Part shown: piece by piece, positions 31,327 through 42,234 of the stretch | Layout of the letters: each line of letters opens with the position of its first letter | How positions within the stretch are numbered: position 1 is the first letter of the stretch | Source: an uncultured delta proteobacterium | Lineage (GTDB): Bacteria; Desulfobacterota; Desulfobacteria; Desulfobacterales; Desulfatirhabdiaceae | Assembly: GCA_963789395.1 (NCBI GenBank) | Contig: CAWBKP010000012.1 | Span: forward strand, 32,001-96,000 | Direction of reading: 5' to 3' | DNA: 64,000 nt | Position numbers and translations under genes: made by a program | The notes under the pieces: generated by a model | What the model was told of the DNA's origin: nothing | Database searches by the model: none | The model's input: the letters and a program-made list of their open reading frames with translations, nothing else

Positions 31327-32706
31327 TGCTGCGCTGATCCGCGGGCTGAAAGCCATTGTCGGCGAACGCCGCTGCCTCACCGCACCGGAAGATCTGCGCT
31401 GCTACTCCTACGACATGTTTGCCCGCGGCCTGCCTGAAGCCGTGGTGCTGCCGGAAAACAACGACGAGGTCTGCCGGATGATGGCGCTGGCCTAATACCC
31501 ATGGGGTTCCGGTGACCCCCCGGGGAGCAGCCTCTTCCCTGACAGGCGGACCGGTGCCTGTCAGGGGCGGCATTGCGTTGAGCCTGGCGCGCATGAACCG
31601 GATCCTGGAAATATCTCCCCTCGATCGGCTGGCCCGGACAGAGCCCGGTGTGGTCACTGGCGGAATTTCAAAAGGCCCTGGCCCGCAGGCATCTTTTCTA
31701 TCCACCCAACCCCACGTCCGCGGCCTATTGCACCCTGGGCGGCAACGTGGCCACCAATGCCGGCGGCGCCAGCGGCGTCAAATACGGCGTGACCCGGGAC
31801 TACCTGCTTGGGCTGAAGGTCGTCCTGCCCAACGGCGAGATTCTGGAAACCGGCGGGCGGTGCCTCAAACGCGTGACGGGATATGATTTTACGCAGTTGC
31901 TGTGCGGCAGCGAGGGACTGCTGGGGGTCATCACGGAGATCACCTTCAAGCTGCTGACGCCGCCTGAGGCGGTGCAAACCCTGCTGGCCTATTATCCCAC
32001 ATTGGAACAGACGGGACAGGCGGTGGCCGAGATCATTCAGGCCGGCATGATTCCCGCCACTCTGGAGCTGATGGACGAATTTTTCCTTCGGGCCGTGGAA
32101 CGGGTGTACGGCCTGAAATTCCCTGCCGGGGCCGCTGCGGCGCTGCTTATCGAACTGGATGGCCCGGCTGTAATCCTGCCCGGACAGCAGGCCCAGGTGG
32201 AGGCCCTCTGCCGGAAAGCGGGCCCCTTGGAATTGCGCTGCGCCCGTAACGAAGCCGAGCGTGAGGTGCTCTGGCAGGCTCGCCGGGGCGGCACCGCGGC
32301 CCTGGCGCGTCAGTCCAAGTTTATCCTTTCCCTGGATTACGCCGTACCTATTTCTGCCATTTCCCGGGCCGTGCGCAGCATCCAGGATCTGGCCCGCCGG
32401 CGGGAACTGGATGTGGTGGTCATCGGCCATGCCGGCGACGGCAATCTGCATCCCATGTTTATCTATGATCCCGATGATCCCGTTCAGCGCCGCAAATACC
32501 GGGAAGCGGAAGACGAGCTGTGCGACCTCATGCTCTCCCTGCACGGCACCCTGTCCGGCGAACACGGGATCGGTCTTGAAAAGGCCAAATATCTTCACCG
32601 GGAACTTTCGCGGGTGGAACTGGACCTGAGCGCCGGGTTGAAGCGGCTGTTCGACCCCCGATCCATCATGAATCCCGGTAAATGTGAAAGTATCACCACC
32701 CCATGA
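31313..32706 (+). CDS. GlcD-like FAD-linked 2-hydroxyacid oxidoreductase, apparent frameshifts near 31493 and 31656
   Basis: TPRGA..SLTGG, TLGGNVATNAGG..GVKYGVTRDY, GSEGLLG, GHAGDGNLH, GEHGIG. Confidence 0.85.
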
Positions 32707-34004
32707 ACACGGTCCCGGCCGGAGACGACATCCCGTGTGAGCGCTGCGGCCGGTGTCTGGCCGTCTGCCCGGTGTATGACGTGGAGCGGATTGAGACGCT
32801 TTCCCCGCGCGGGCGCCTGGATCTGATTCACGGCCTGGAATCCTGCGAGCTGGTCACCGGCCCCCGGTATCATGAAGCGCTTTTTTCCTGCCTGCAGTGC
32901 CTGGCCTGCTTCGATGCCTGCCCCAAGGGGGTGGATGCCTCGGGCCGGATCCTGACCGCCCGCACCCGATTGACAGCCCGCGATCGGGTAAAGGGCCGCC
33001 TGGAGCGGGCCATGCTGCGCACCGCGCTGAATCACCGCCCGTTTTTGGCCGGCCTGGCCCGGCTGGCCTCGCAGGTTCAGCAGCGGCTGCCCGCCAAAGA
33101 AGGCCCGGGTTCCCGCCATCTGCCGATGTTTCTGCCGGATCTGCTGGCCGGACGGCGCATTCCCGAAATCAGTGCGGTCAATTTGTTCCGGGGCCTGCCC
33201 GAAGTGTTGCCGGCCGACCCCGGCGCTGATTATCACGGACAGGTGACCTTTTTCACCGGCTGTTATTTCGGTCTGGTGGAGACCGGTCCGATCCTGTCCG
33301 CGCTAAGGGTTCTGGCCTTCAACGGCTGGGAGGTGCGGATTCCCAGAACCCAGAGCTGCTGCGGCGCCGTGGCCCTTCTTGCCGGTCACGCCGATCTTGC
33401 CCGGCGTCTGGTCGCCCGGAACCTTTCTGCCCTTGCCGGAGACGGACCGGTGATCACGGCCTGCGCCACCTGTGGCCGCACCCTTCGTCGGGAATACCCG
33501 CCTCTCCTCAAGACCAGCAGAGATGATTCCCGGTTTCGGGCGGCCGCGGCCCTGGCCGGGCGCACCCGCGATATCCATGAATTCCTGGGACAGTTGCCGG
33601 CGTTGCGGCAGGGGGTGCGAACCCGGCACCGGCGCGTCACCATCCACGATCCATGCCATTTGTCACGGGGGCAGGGGGTTCGGGAACAGGTCCGACGCAT
33701 TCTGGCCGCTGTCCCGGGAGCGGAACTGGTGGAGATGGCGGATTCGGACACTTGCTGTGGCGGCGGCGGACTTTCCGGAATGAAACAGCCGGCCCTGTCC
33801 CTGGCAATCGGTGAAAAAAAAATCGCCGCCATTGAAGCCACCGGGGCGGATACGGTGGTGGCAGGCTGTCCGGGATGCCTGATGCAGATACGGGATCTGC
33901 TGTCTCGGCGCGGCAGCCGGATCCAGGCCCTTCACCCCATGGATCTGCTGGCATGGTCCTATGAAACATTCCCGCATCAAGGAGAAAATGGATGCTTGAT
34001 CTGA
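32703..34004 (+). CDS. GlcF-like Fe-S subunit (two 4Fe-4S + CCG domains)
   Basis: CERCGRC..VCP, CLQCLAC..ACP, FFTGC, CCG, HDPCHL, CCGGGG, CPGC. Confidence 0.9.
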   Translation: MNTVPAGDDIPCERCGRCLAVCPVYDVERIETLSPRGRLDLIHGLESCELVTGPRYHEALFSCLQCLACFDACPKGVDASGRILTARTRLTARDRVKGRLERAMLRTALNHRPFLAGLARLASQVQQRLPAKEGPGSRHLPMFLPDLLAGRRIPEISAVNLFRGLPEVLPADPGADYHGQVTFFTGCYFGLVETGPILSALRVLAFNGWEVRIPRTQSCCGAVALLAGHADLARRLVARNLSALAGDGPVITACATCGRTLRREYPPLLKTSRDDSRFRAAAALAGRTRDIHEFLGQLPALRQGVRTRHRRVTIHDPCHLSRGQGVREQVRRILAAVPGAELVEMADSDTCCGGGGLSGMKQPALSLAIGEKKIAAIEATGADTVVAGCPGCLMQIRDLLSRRGSRIQALHPMDLLAWSYETFPHQGENGCLI

Positions 34005-35635
34005 TCGCCTTCAACGGCATTATTCGTACCCAGGATCCCAAATGCGCCGAGGCCCAGGCTCTGGCCGTCAGCCGAGGACGATTTATCGCCGTAGGTAGCA
34101 ACGCCGAAATTCAGGCCCTGCCGCGGGGTGCGGATTGCCGCGTGATTGATCTCACAGGGCGGCTGGTGCTGCCGGGGTTCACCGAGTCCCACATCCACCT
34201 GCTGGATTGGTCCCTGGGCCGGCGGCAGATCGATTTGAGGGGGCTCTCCTCGCTGGCGGACGCCCTGACGGCTGTAAAAACATATGCCGATGACCCGGCC
34301 CGCAACGATTTGCGTGGCGGCTGGATTCTCGGATTGGGCTGGAATGAATCCCTCTGGCCGGAAAAGCGCATGCCCACCCGGCAGGATCTGGATCAGATCT
34401 GCACAGAGCGGCCCATCATGTTGCTGCGTTCGGACCTGCACCTGGCGGTCGTCAACAGCCGGGCTCTGGCACTTGCCGGGATCGGACCAGACACACCGGA
34501 TCCGGATCAGGGTGTCATCGGCCGGGATGCCACAGGCATGCCAAGCGGTATCCTGCAGGATCTGGCCATCAGTTGTGTCAAGGAACGGATCCCCAAACAC
34601 ACAGAGGATGAAACCCTGCTGGCCATCGCCGAAGCCCTTTCCGCCCTTTCCGCCCAGGGATTGACCGGCATCCATGATTTTCGCCTGATGGACGGGACCG
34701 AGGGGCCGCCCTGCCTGCGCATCCTGCAGCGCCTGCATGAACGGGGCGAATTGGCAATGCGGGTCTGGTGGCTTTTGCCGGACTATCTGCTGCCGGAAGC
34801 CGTTTCTCTGGGATTGCGAACCGGTATGGGCGGTGATTTTCTGCGCATCGGCCATCTGAAATTGTTTTCAGACGGCAGCCTTGGGGCCCACACCGCCTGG
34901 ATGCAGGAACCCTACACCAATGGCGGCTGCGGCATCCCTCTCAAACCCATGACCGAGATCGCCCGTCTGGTTCGCATCGCCGAAGAAGCCGGAATCGCTG
35001 TGGCCGTGCATGCCATCGGCGACCGGGCCAACCACGAATTGATCGCGCTGTTTGATAAGCTGGAGCGGTCCCGGTCCGAGCACACCCGGCATATCATGGC
35101 CCGGGCGCCGCATCGCATCGAACATCTGCAGATGGTCCAACCTGAGGATATCCGGCGCCTGGGTCAACTCTCTGTAAAGGGATCCGTGCAGCCCCGGCAG
35201 GCCACCGACGATATTGCACTGATGGATCGTGAGATCGGAGAAAGAGACCGGATCTCCTACCGGTTTGGGGATATGCTGGCGGCCGGTGTTGAACTGGCCA
35301 TGGGTTCCGACTGCCCGGTGGCCAACCCCAGTCCCCTGAACGGGATTCATGCCGCCGTAACCCGTCAGCGCGAGGATGGATCCCCGGCAGGTGGCTGGCA
35401 TCCGGGGCAATGCCTCAGCGTGGACCAGGCGGTGCGGGGCTACACGGTCGGCCCGGCCCGGATAAGCGGCCGAGGTCACGAACTGGGAAGCATCACCCCC
35501 GGCAAACTTGCCGATTTCATCGTGCTGGATCGGGACATTTACCGTATCCCCCCCCGAGAGATTCTCACCAGTCGCGTAGAGCTGACCATCTGCGGCGGCC
35601 GGGTGGTTTACGAAAGTGACAGCGGATTGCTGTAA
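33992..35635 (+). CDS. YtcJ-like amidohydrolase
   Basis: PGFTESHIH, LKLFSDGSLG, VHAIGDRA, RIEH, GSDCPV, GKLADF. Confidence 0.9.
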   Translation: MLDLIAFNGIIRTQDPKCAEAQALAVSRGRFIAVGSNAEIQALPRGADCRVIDLTGRLVLPGFTESHIHLLDWSLGRRQIDLRGLSSLADALTAVKTYADDPARNDLRGGWILGLGWNESLWPEKRMPTRQDLDQICTERPIMLLRSDLHLAVVNSRALALAGIGPDTPDPDQGVIGRDATGMPSGILQDLAISCVKERIPKHTEDETLLAIAEALSALSAQGLTGIHDFRLMDGTEGPPCLRILQRLHERGELAMRVWWLLPDYLLPEAVSLGLRTGMGGDFLRIGHLKLFSDGSLGAHTAWMQEPYTNGGCGIPLKPMTEIARLVRIAEEAGIAVAVHAIGDRANHELIALFDKLERSRSEHTRHIMARAPHRIEHLQMVQPEDIRRLGQLSVKGSVQPRQATDDIALMDREIGERDRISYRFGDMLAAGVELAMGSDCPVANPSPLNGIHAAVTRQREDGSPAGGWHPGQCLSVDQAVRGYTVGPARISGRGHELGSITPGKLADFIVLDRDIYRIPPREILTSRVELTICGGRVVYESDSGLL

Positions 35636-35815
35636 GGCCTTAGCTCGATCAGGCAGCACAGCCTCGGGAAGCCTTACACAACACAGTATTGGAAACACCT
35701 CCATACGGTGGTATCAGGCAAGTTGTTGCACTTTTCGGCTTGTTGCCTCCAAGCGCTGTTAGAACGTCAGACAAACTGCCGCACTTGCTGAACTCGCAAA
35801 AAGTCAAAATTCAGA

Positions 35816-35860
35816 CGGCATCGTAAAAAGTTCGCAGCATCCGGACTTTTTACGATGCCG
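35816..35860. repeat. REP-like palindrome, family B
   Basis: Perfect 16-bp IR CGGCATCGTAAAAAGT / ACTTTTTACGATGCCG; half copy at 24633-24656. Confidence 0.7.
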
Positions 35861-35990
35861 GCACACTTCATTCCTGCCTTGTTTCGATTTTGGTCGGAAA
35901 TAAAGTAAAGCGTCCCCAGATTTCAGAGATGGTTTTTGCCGATACCCCGTGGCGTGCTCCGGGTTCGTTTAATGGCTGGAAGGGGAAGCC

Positions 35991-36295
35991 TTAACGCTTC
36001 TTTTTTATACTTGTCTCGGTATAAAACGCGATTTCTTCTCCTTTTTCAAGGGCGAGCCGTAATTTTTTGTAATATTTCTTCCTTTCATCACTTTTGTACC
36101 AGTCGTCCCATTCCTCTTTGCTTTCCCAGATGCTGATAATGAGCATTTCATTGGGATCATAAAGATTTGTAATGGTCTTTCCGGATACATAGCCGGGCTG
36201 AACCGTTGCAAGGGCTCTCATTTCCGCGTTATGATACTGGGCCTCATGAACAAATTCGTCTTTAAAACGTCTGGTGGTGAGACTAGAATAGTCAT
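35991..36295 (-). pseudogene. ABM-domain (antibiotic biosynthesis monooxygenase-like) protein with a frameshift just after the start
   Basis: RBS AAGGAG + MTILV, shifted to TRRFK...QPGYVSG...IISIWESKEEWDDW..S.ER. Confidence 0.7.
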
Positions 36296-36829
36296 TTTTT
36301 GACTCCTTTCCCGCTATCACGGATTTCCGGATAAGAATAACCAGAACACAAAAAAAATCATCGTTTAGGGTTATTTAGAGAAGTCACTTTTATGACATTT
36401 TACGTGTGAATTATCCTTGAATCCGGAGCGATACGTTGGCTATGATGTTCATATTTTCAAGGAAGAGCAAAATTCAGGTTGCATTGTTGGAATGGGATGT
36501 CAAAAAAGAAAAACTGATAGAGCTGACTCTTTTACTGTAATGAAGGAGGGTTTGAGTGTCAAGGATATTTTCTGTCCCGGTAAATTTGTTATACCTTTTC
36601 ATGCAGAGCTGGCGGGGCATGTTTTCAGGAATTCCGGGGATACCGTAAATTTTTTCTGACATTGATTTGGTTGCGGGCATTCATGGGGCTTACTTACCGA
36701 CTACTCCTGTGGGATGCCGGAAAAACTGGCTTCGCTGCCGATTTGCCCGTTTTGTTCTTGTCTTTCAAGGTGTCGCATATTATCGTTTGTATTCGAATTT
36801 TCAATAGATGAGCGAATAAATGGGGATGC

Positions 36830-37237
36830 ATGAGAGTTCTATTCTGGTTTTGTGACAAATTTGCATGGACGCCGACAATAAAGACACTGGATGATGTTCC
36901 TGATTCAGGACCGGAACAATTGGAAAATGTCGTCGTCGCGTTTGTACATGTCGAATCCAGGGATATTCAGGAAGGCAGTTCTGCGGAAACGAAACTTGTA
37001 AAAAATGCCAAATGGCTTGCCCGTAAATGGGATGTAAAGAAAATACTGTTGCATTCATTCACCCATCTGGCTGAAGAAAAGGCAGAACCAGGCCAGGCAA
37101 AATCACTTTTGGACCGCGTCCAGGACAGGCTCCAAAAAGCAGAGTACGATGTGTCTCAAACGGCTTATGGGTATTTTAACGATCTGATCATAAAAGCAAA
37201 AGGCCACCCGCTTGCAAGGATTTTCAAGGAATTTTGA
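36830..37237 (+). CDS. Free-standing archaeal-type threonyl-tRNA synthetase editing domain (tRNA-Thr_ED)
   Basis: VVVAFVHVE..D, ILLHSFTHL, AYGYF, KAKGHPLA; resembles archaeal YP(F/Y)AHL, PFG(W/Y)YK, KGHPL motifs. Confidence 0.8.
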   Translation: MRVLFWFCDKFAWTPTIKTLDDVPDSGPEQLENVVVAFVHVESRDIQEGSSAETKLVKNAKWLARKWDVKKILLHSFTHLAEEKAEPGQAKSLLDRVQDRLQKAEYDVSQTAYGYFNDLIIKAKGHPLARIFKEF

Positions 37238-37668
37238 TGAAGAAGGGGCCATCAGTAGGCGTTGCTGTAATTGTCATAAAAAACGGAGCAGTGTTGCTGG
37301 GGAAGCGAAAAGGCTCACATGGGTCAGGATCCTGGGCTTTTCCCGGTGGTCATTTGGAGATGAATGAATCGATAGAAGCATGTGCCAGGCGTGAAGTTTT
37401 TGAGGAAACAGGCATTTTAATCCATAATATCCGGTATGCAACTTTCACAAACGATATATTTCAAGAAGAGAAGAAACACTACGTTACGTTGTTTGTGGTT
37501 GCCGAATATCATGGCGGCGAGCTCCAGGTCAAGGAACCCGATAAATGTGAAAAATGGGAGTGGTTCATTTGGGGAAATTTTCCGGAAAACCTGTTTTTAT
37601 CCTTAAAAAACTTATTGGCTCAAGGATTCCACATTCCGGGCTGTTATAACAAAGAAGGGCTTAAGTAA
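37234..37668 (+). CDS. Nudix hydrolase, NUDT15/MTH2-like
   Basis: LLGKRKGSHG.GSWAFPGGHLE..ES...CARREV.EETG; KHYVTLF; EPDKC. Confidence 0.9.
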   Translation: MMKKGPSVGVAVIVIKNGAVLLGKRKGSHGSGSWAFPGGHLEMNESIEACARREVFEETGILIHNIRYATFTNDIFQEEKKHYVTLFVVAEYHGGELQVKEPDKCEKWEWFIWGNFPENLFLSLKNLLAQGFHIPGCYNKEGLK

Positions 37669-37722
37669 AGCGGGGTCGCAGATGCTCATGTTCAGGCAGT
37701 CCGTACTGCGATTCAAGATGAA

Positions 37723-38823
37723 CTATTCAATCAGCGGCTGCACAAGTGTTTGAAAAATCTTTTCCGCCACCTGATCCATATGGTTTTTATCCGGTGCGTT
37801 ACGGAAAATGCCGACAAGATCCCGGGCATATTGCCGGGCGGTTAAGAATCCTTTTTGTCGTGCCGTTTCAATTTTTTCCCAGTCCTGGTCTGATTCAAAT
37901 ATTTCGAAAGATTGACGAAGCTGTGGGAACAGCGGCAGGAAAAGACCGTCCTGGAAGGCTGCATAAAATCCCAGTCCGGCGGCATTTTTTGTAGAGATGA
38001 TGTGTTCAAGCGTGCCACGGGACGCAGTATCCGCCAGAAGATCTTTCACGGTTCTTGCCAGAAGCTCAATCGGTGTATGCGGGAACTCGGCAACGATTTC
38101 CCTGAAAATCTGGCGATCAAACACCGTATCTTGTATTTCCCCGATCTCATGATGAATGTATGTCTGCTCCTGGATAGACAGGATGGATTCAAAATACGTT
38201 TTTCGGCTCTCAAGTCTTGTATCCGGCAGGCCGCATTGTTTTAATGCAAAATGCAGAAAGCGCTGTCCTGATTTTTTCAGGTAGACCATCTGGTCCCATA
38301 AAAAAAAGCAGGCGGCATCACGGCGAATCAGGATAGCGCCATCCTGATTCAGGGCCGGTATGGTCAACAGATCCCGGAGCAGTTCCTTTTCCAGAATCAC
38401 GATGGGGATATCCGCCAGAAAGCGGGTTTCTTTTATGTGGGCAAGAAAGAAAGTGGGTTTCAGGGAATGGGCGTATCCTGCACCATAAAATAAATTAAGG
38501 GGGGATAAGATCCTGTTGATGGCTTCTGTATCAAAGGGGTCGTATTCCTTTTCAAACAGCGGCAGGGGGGCAAATGCCTTTCCCTCGATTTTCTCCCACA
38601 GCTGCTCTTTATGGTCAATCCAGTCCACAAGCTCTGATGGATTGTTTTCCTCCCAGGCAGGGAGGCTTTTTTCCCATTTGTTGAGATCCCTGAGGCGAAG
38701 AGCCATTCCGCAGATGGAAAAAATACCGGCACCTGAGGCGTCGGAAATATCACAATTGTCTTGTATCGTTTGTATGAATTGTTCCAGGTTCCTGTCTTGG
38801 GTCAAGGCATTCATTCCGATCAT
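37723..38823 (-). CDS. Sfum_1244-like conserved protein
   Basis: NCDISDA..AG.FSICG.ALRLRDL.KWE, KPTFFLA, HHEIGE, ELLARTVKDLLADT; start 38823 or 38814. Confidence 0.75.
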   Translation of the reverse strand: MIGMNALTQDRNLEQFIQTIQDNCDISDASGAGIFSICGMALRLRDLNKWEKSLPAWEENNPSELVDWIDHKEQLWEKIEGKAFAPLPLFEKEYDPFDTEAINRILSPLNLFYGAGYAHSLKPTFFLAHIKETRFLADIPIVILEKELLRDLLTIPALNQDGAILIRRDAACFFLWDQMVYLKKSGQRFLHFALKQCGLPDTRLESRKTYFESILSIQEQTYIHHEIGEIQDTVFDRQIFREIVAEFPHTPIELLARTVKDLLADTASRGTLEHIISTKNAAGLGFYAAFQDGLFLPLFPQLRQSFEIFESDQDWEKIETARQKGFLTARQYARDLVGIFRNAPDKNHMDQVAEKIFQTLVQPLIE

Positions 38824-38986
38824 CCTGTATTGGCTTCTTCTGATAGCTGTTATGAAAATATATCTGAAAATAAGCATTTGTCCGAAAAAGTAAAAAAAGT
38901 TAATTGATAAAAACCAATAAAACGCGATAATGGCTGCCATCCACTGATTTTCCCCATTTTCGCAGCGCAAAAACAGTTTCAAAGAG

Positions 38987-39928
38987 GTGTTAAGAACATT
39001 GCAAACCGATAGTCGACGGATAAATGATATAAAGGCCATTGAGATTAATGACCATATCCTGGCCTTTTATGCCGGTCGTGATGGGGCACGGTTAATGGAC
39101 GGGCCCAACTGGGTGGACGATGCCGCAATGAAGTTGGGGATTGCGACATACGCTGTTTATAAAAACGGCAGGGCCATTATTTACGATACCTTTGCAGATA
39201 TCCGTCAGGCGATGTGGGTGAGAAATTTTCTTGAAAACAGGGGGATAAACCAATTTACGGTCGTATTGAGCCACTGGCATCTGGATCATATCGCCGGCAA
39301 TGCAGTTTATTCGGGCTGCAATATTATTTCCAGCGCATTGACACGCGAACTTCTTTTAAAACATAAAACAGACATCGAGTCGGGGCGCATCGACGGACCT
39401 CCGGAAATCAAACCGCTTATTCTGCCCGGTGTTACCTTTGACAAGAAAGCAAGTCTGTATCTGGATGATCTTCTGCTGGAGCTGATCCATTTAAATATTC
39501 ACAGCCGGGACGGAACGATCCTCTTTATTCCCGGCGATAAAATCCTTTTTGCCGGAGATGCGCTTGAGGATACCCTTACCTATATTGATGAGCCGGAGAA
39601 CCTTGTCGATCATATCAAAAACCTGCAACACCTGAAGCAGTTTTCCATTTCCGCGATTTTTCCGAATCACGGCGATCCGAAGGTCATCGAAGCGGGGGGA
39701 TATGGTAAAACGCTTATTGATGCCACGATTACTTATATAACCCGCATGCTGGACCGGGTTCATGATGCGGATTTCTTGAAGGGCTCTTTGAAATCATATC
39801 TCTGGAAGGAAATGGAGCAGGGACGGGTGCATTATTATGAACCCTATGAAGCGGTTCACAGCCAAAACCTGCAAAGAGTTTACGACTGTTACAAAAACAA
39901 ACAACTCCGACTGGACATCCATTCTTGA
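38987..39928 (+). CDS. Metallo-beta-lactamase fold hydrolase
   Basis: SHWHLDH, IHS.D, FAGD, PNHG. Confidence 0.85.
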   Translation: MLRTLQTDSRRINDIKAIEINDHILAFYAGRDGARLMDGPNWVDDAAMKLGIATYAVYKNGRAIIYDTFADIRQAMWVRNFLENRGINQFTVVLSHWHLDHIAGNAVYSGCNIISSALTRELLLKHKTDIESGRIDGPPEIKPLILPGVTFDKKASLYLDDLLLELIHLNIHSRDGTILFIPGDKILFAGDALEDTLTYIDEPENLVDHIKNLQHLKQFSISAIFPNHGDPKVIEAGGYGKTLIDATITYITRMLDRVHDADFLKGSLKSYLWKEMEQGRVHYYEPYEAVHSQNLQRVYDCYKNKQLRLDIHS

Positions 39929-39934
39929 AAACGT

Positions 39935-40150
39935 TGCGTTCCCCGATATGTATCAGATTCATCAAATATTTGATATTCCACATGCCATTGATGTGACAGA
40001 GGCTGTTAGCAGCGAGTGGGAGCGGCTTAATGGAAAGCTGGCGATACGGCCCGGTCAAGAGCGGTATCATGAAAATACTCGTCACAGGTATCTGCCGAAG
40101 CTTACTTTGGATAAGATTTATCTTCTGATTGTGGACGAAATGGGATAGGA
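39935..40150 (+). pseudogene. Collapsed remnant of a LarA/DUF2088-like protein
   Basis: N-terminal FPDMYQIHQIFD...IRPGQ joined to the much later motif LPKL..DKI.LLIVDEMG*D. Confidence 0.55.
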
Positions 40151-40404
40151 TGCAACCGGCTCACGGTTTTTCAAAAACAGCCTTCGGATAGAGGTCAAAC
40201 ATACTGTGCACTACCTTTGGCAGGCACTGCGATAATGGGCACATCTGATATGAAAACACTGGATGCGGAAAAATCTCGCGTCCGGGCTTGGGCGGGGGCA
40301 TCCGGTAAGTGATGCTACAAACTGCGAGCATATTTACTGCTTTATTCTCAAATTCAATTGTTTTTTTGAGTCCGATATAGCGTTTTCCCTACAAAGGTTT
40401 TGTC

Positions 40405-42234
40405 ATGGTAGAACAAAAAATAAAAATAGATGCTGTAGATGAAAGCAATGAAGACTATCGCTTAATAGTGGAAAACGCCAATGAGGCGATCCTGGTAGAG
40501 CAAGTCGGTGTACTTGTATTCTCAAATCCAAAAGCAGAAGCGCTTTTCGGCTATTCAAGAGCGGAACTCAATTCGAAACGATTTACCGATCTGGTACATA
40601 AAGCGGATCGGAAAATGGTGAGGGAAGGGCAAGAAAAAATGTTACGCGGAGAACCGCTTCCCGATTTCTTCACATTTAGAATTTGCCGCAATTCTGGAGA
40701 GATAAATTGGGCTGATCTCAAGGTGGTGATGATTCCCTGGAAAAATAGGCCTGCTGTGCTGTATTGCATGACAGATATTACCGAACGCAACCGGGTCGAG
40801 ACGGTTTTGGCCGCCTCCGAACGCAAACTCTTTAATATTCTTGTCAATACGCCACAAATGGTTATCACGCTTGATCCCCAGGCCAGGATTGTCTTTGTTA
40901 ATACGCATTTTATAAGGCTGACCGGATGGAGGGAAATTGATGTCATCGGTCAGAATTGGTTCGACCTGTTCATTCCTGAACACGACAGGGAAGTCATCCA
41001 GAAAATATTTTATGTTTCAATGCAACAACCAGAAGAAACTGAATATACCTATTACGAAAACAAGATTGAAACAAAATCCGGTGAGTTCCGACAAATAGCG
41101 TGGTCAAACGTGCGTAGCCTGGACGCCAAGGGGAAGGTGGTGGATCTAACCTGTTTTGGCATCGATATCACCGAGCAAAAGTTGGCTGAGGAATCCGTTC
41201 TTGAGAGTGAAAAACGTTTTCGCGCCGCATTCATGGGGAGTCCGGCGGCATTAGCCATCACCACTCAGGAAGGCGGCTTCTGGATTGATGCCAATCAGAC
41301 GGAACTCGATATGTTTGGATACACCCGCGAAGAACTCATAGGCAAAAGCGTTATGGATACAAACCTTTGGGTCGATTTAAATGATCGGAGAGCGTTTGTC
41401 GATGCGTTGGCACAAAACGGGGAGGTGAGAAATCAAAATGTCCTGCTTCGTCACAAAGATGGCAGATTGATCAGTGCGTCTGTATCCGCTAATTCGCTGA
41501 CGTTGAAAGGCGTGAAGCATATTCTGTTCGCCACGGAGGACATCACCGAACGTATGCAGACTGAGGAACGGATAAAACAAAACCTGGCAGAAAAAGAAAT
41601 ACTCTTGAGGGAAATTCACCACAGGGTAAAGAACAACCTGGCGGTTATCTCCAGTCTTCTTGGATTGCAGGCAAACCGCATCAAAGAAAATGCCGTCAAA
41701 GAAATGATGAATGCTTGCCAGCTCCGGATCAAATCCATGGCCATGGTCCATGAAAAAATGTACTGTAATCAAAACGTATCCCGTGTGAACTTTAATGAAT
41801 ATATCAACAGTATTGTTCAGGATCTGACATCTTCTTACAGAAGAGAAAAAAGAAATATCATCACCCGTATCAATGTCGGGGACATCCTGCTTGATATTGA
41901 AGCCGCCACTCCCTGCGGAATGATCATCAACGAGCTGATCACCAATGCCTTGAAACACGCTTTTCCAGAAACTATCAGCCCAGAGCTGTTCATCTGTTTT
42001 GAAAAAGCACACAATACCTACACGTTAACGGTACAAGACAACGGCATCGGCTTCTCCGATGGTTCCTGCGCTTCCTCAACCAATACCCTGGGCTTGCTGC
42101 TTGTTCGTGCCCTGGCGCGGCAACTCCGGGGAACGGTGCAGTTTCACTCTGATGCGTCAGTCCGCCAAGGAACAACCGTCATCATTTCCTTTAAAGAAAG
42201 TGAAGAGAGGCAGATTGGAAATCTGAGTAACTGA
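40405..42234 (+). CDS. Cytoplasmic multi-PAS histidine kinase (HisKA_2)
   Basis: Three PAS/PAC repeats ending DITE; EIHHRVKNNL; NELITNALKHAF; DNGIG. Confidence 0.92.
   Translation: MVEQKIKIDAVDESNEDYRLIVENANEAILVEQVGVLVFSNPKAEALFGYSRAELNSKRFTDLVHKADRKMVREGQEKMLRGEPLPDFFTFRICRNSGEINWADLKVVMIPWKNRPAVLYCMTDITERNRVETVLAASERKLFNILVNTPQMVITLDPQARIVFVNTHFIRLTGWREIDVIGQNWFDLFIPEHDREVIQKIFYVSMQQPEETEYTYYENKIETKSGEFRQIAWSNVRSLDAKGKVVDLTCFGIDITEQKLAEESVLESEKRFRAAFMGSPAALAITTQEGGFWIDANQTELDMFGYTREELIGKSVMDTNLWVDLNDRRAFVDALAQNGEVRNQNVLLRHKDGRLISASVSANSLTLKGVKHILFATEDITERMQTEERIKQNLAEKEILLREIHHRVKNNLAVISSLLGLQANRIKENAVKEMMNACQLRIKSMAMVHEKMYCNQNVSRVNFNEYINSIVQDLTSSYRREKRNIITRINVGDILLDIEAATPCGMIINELITNALKHAFPETISPELFICFEKAHNTYTLTVQDNGIGFSDGSCASSTNTLGLLLVRALARQLRGTVQFHSDASVRQGTTVIISFKESEERQIGNLSN

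Noticed and set aside
36417..36680. Short ORFs between the ABM gene and the editing-domain gene
   Set aside because: No motifs or convincing RBS; they overlap a REP-like repeat.
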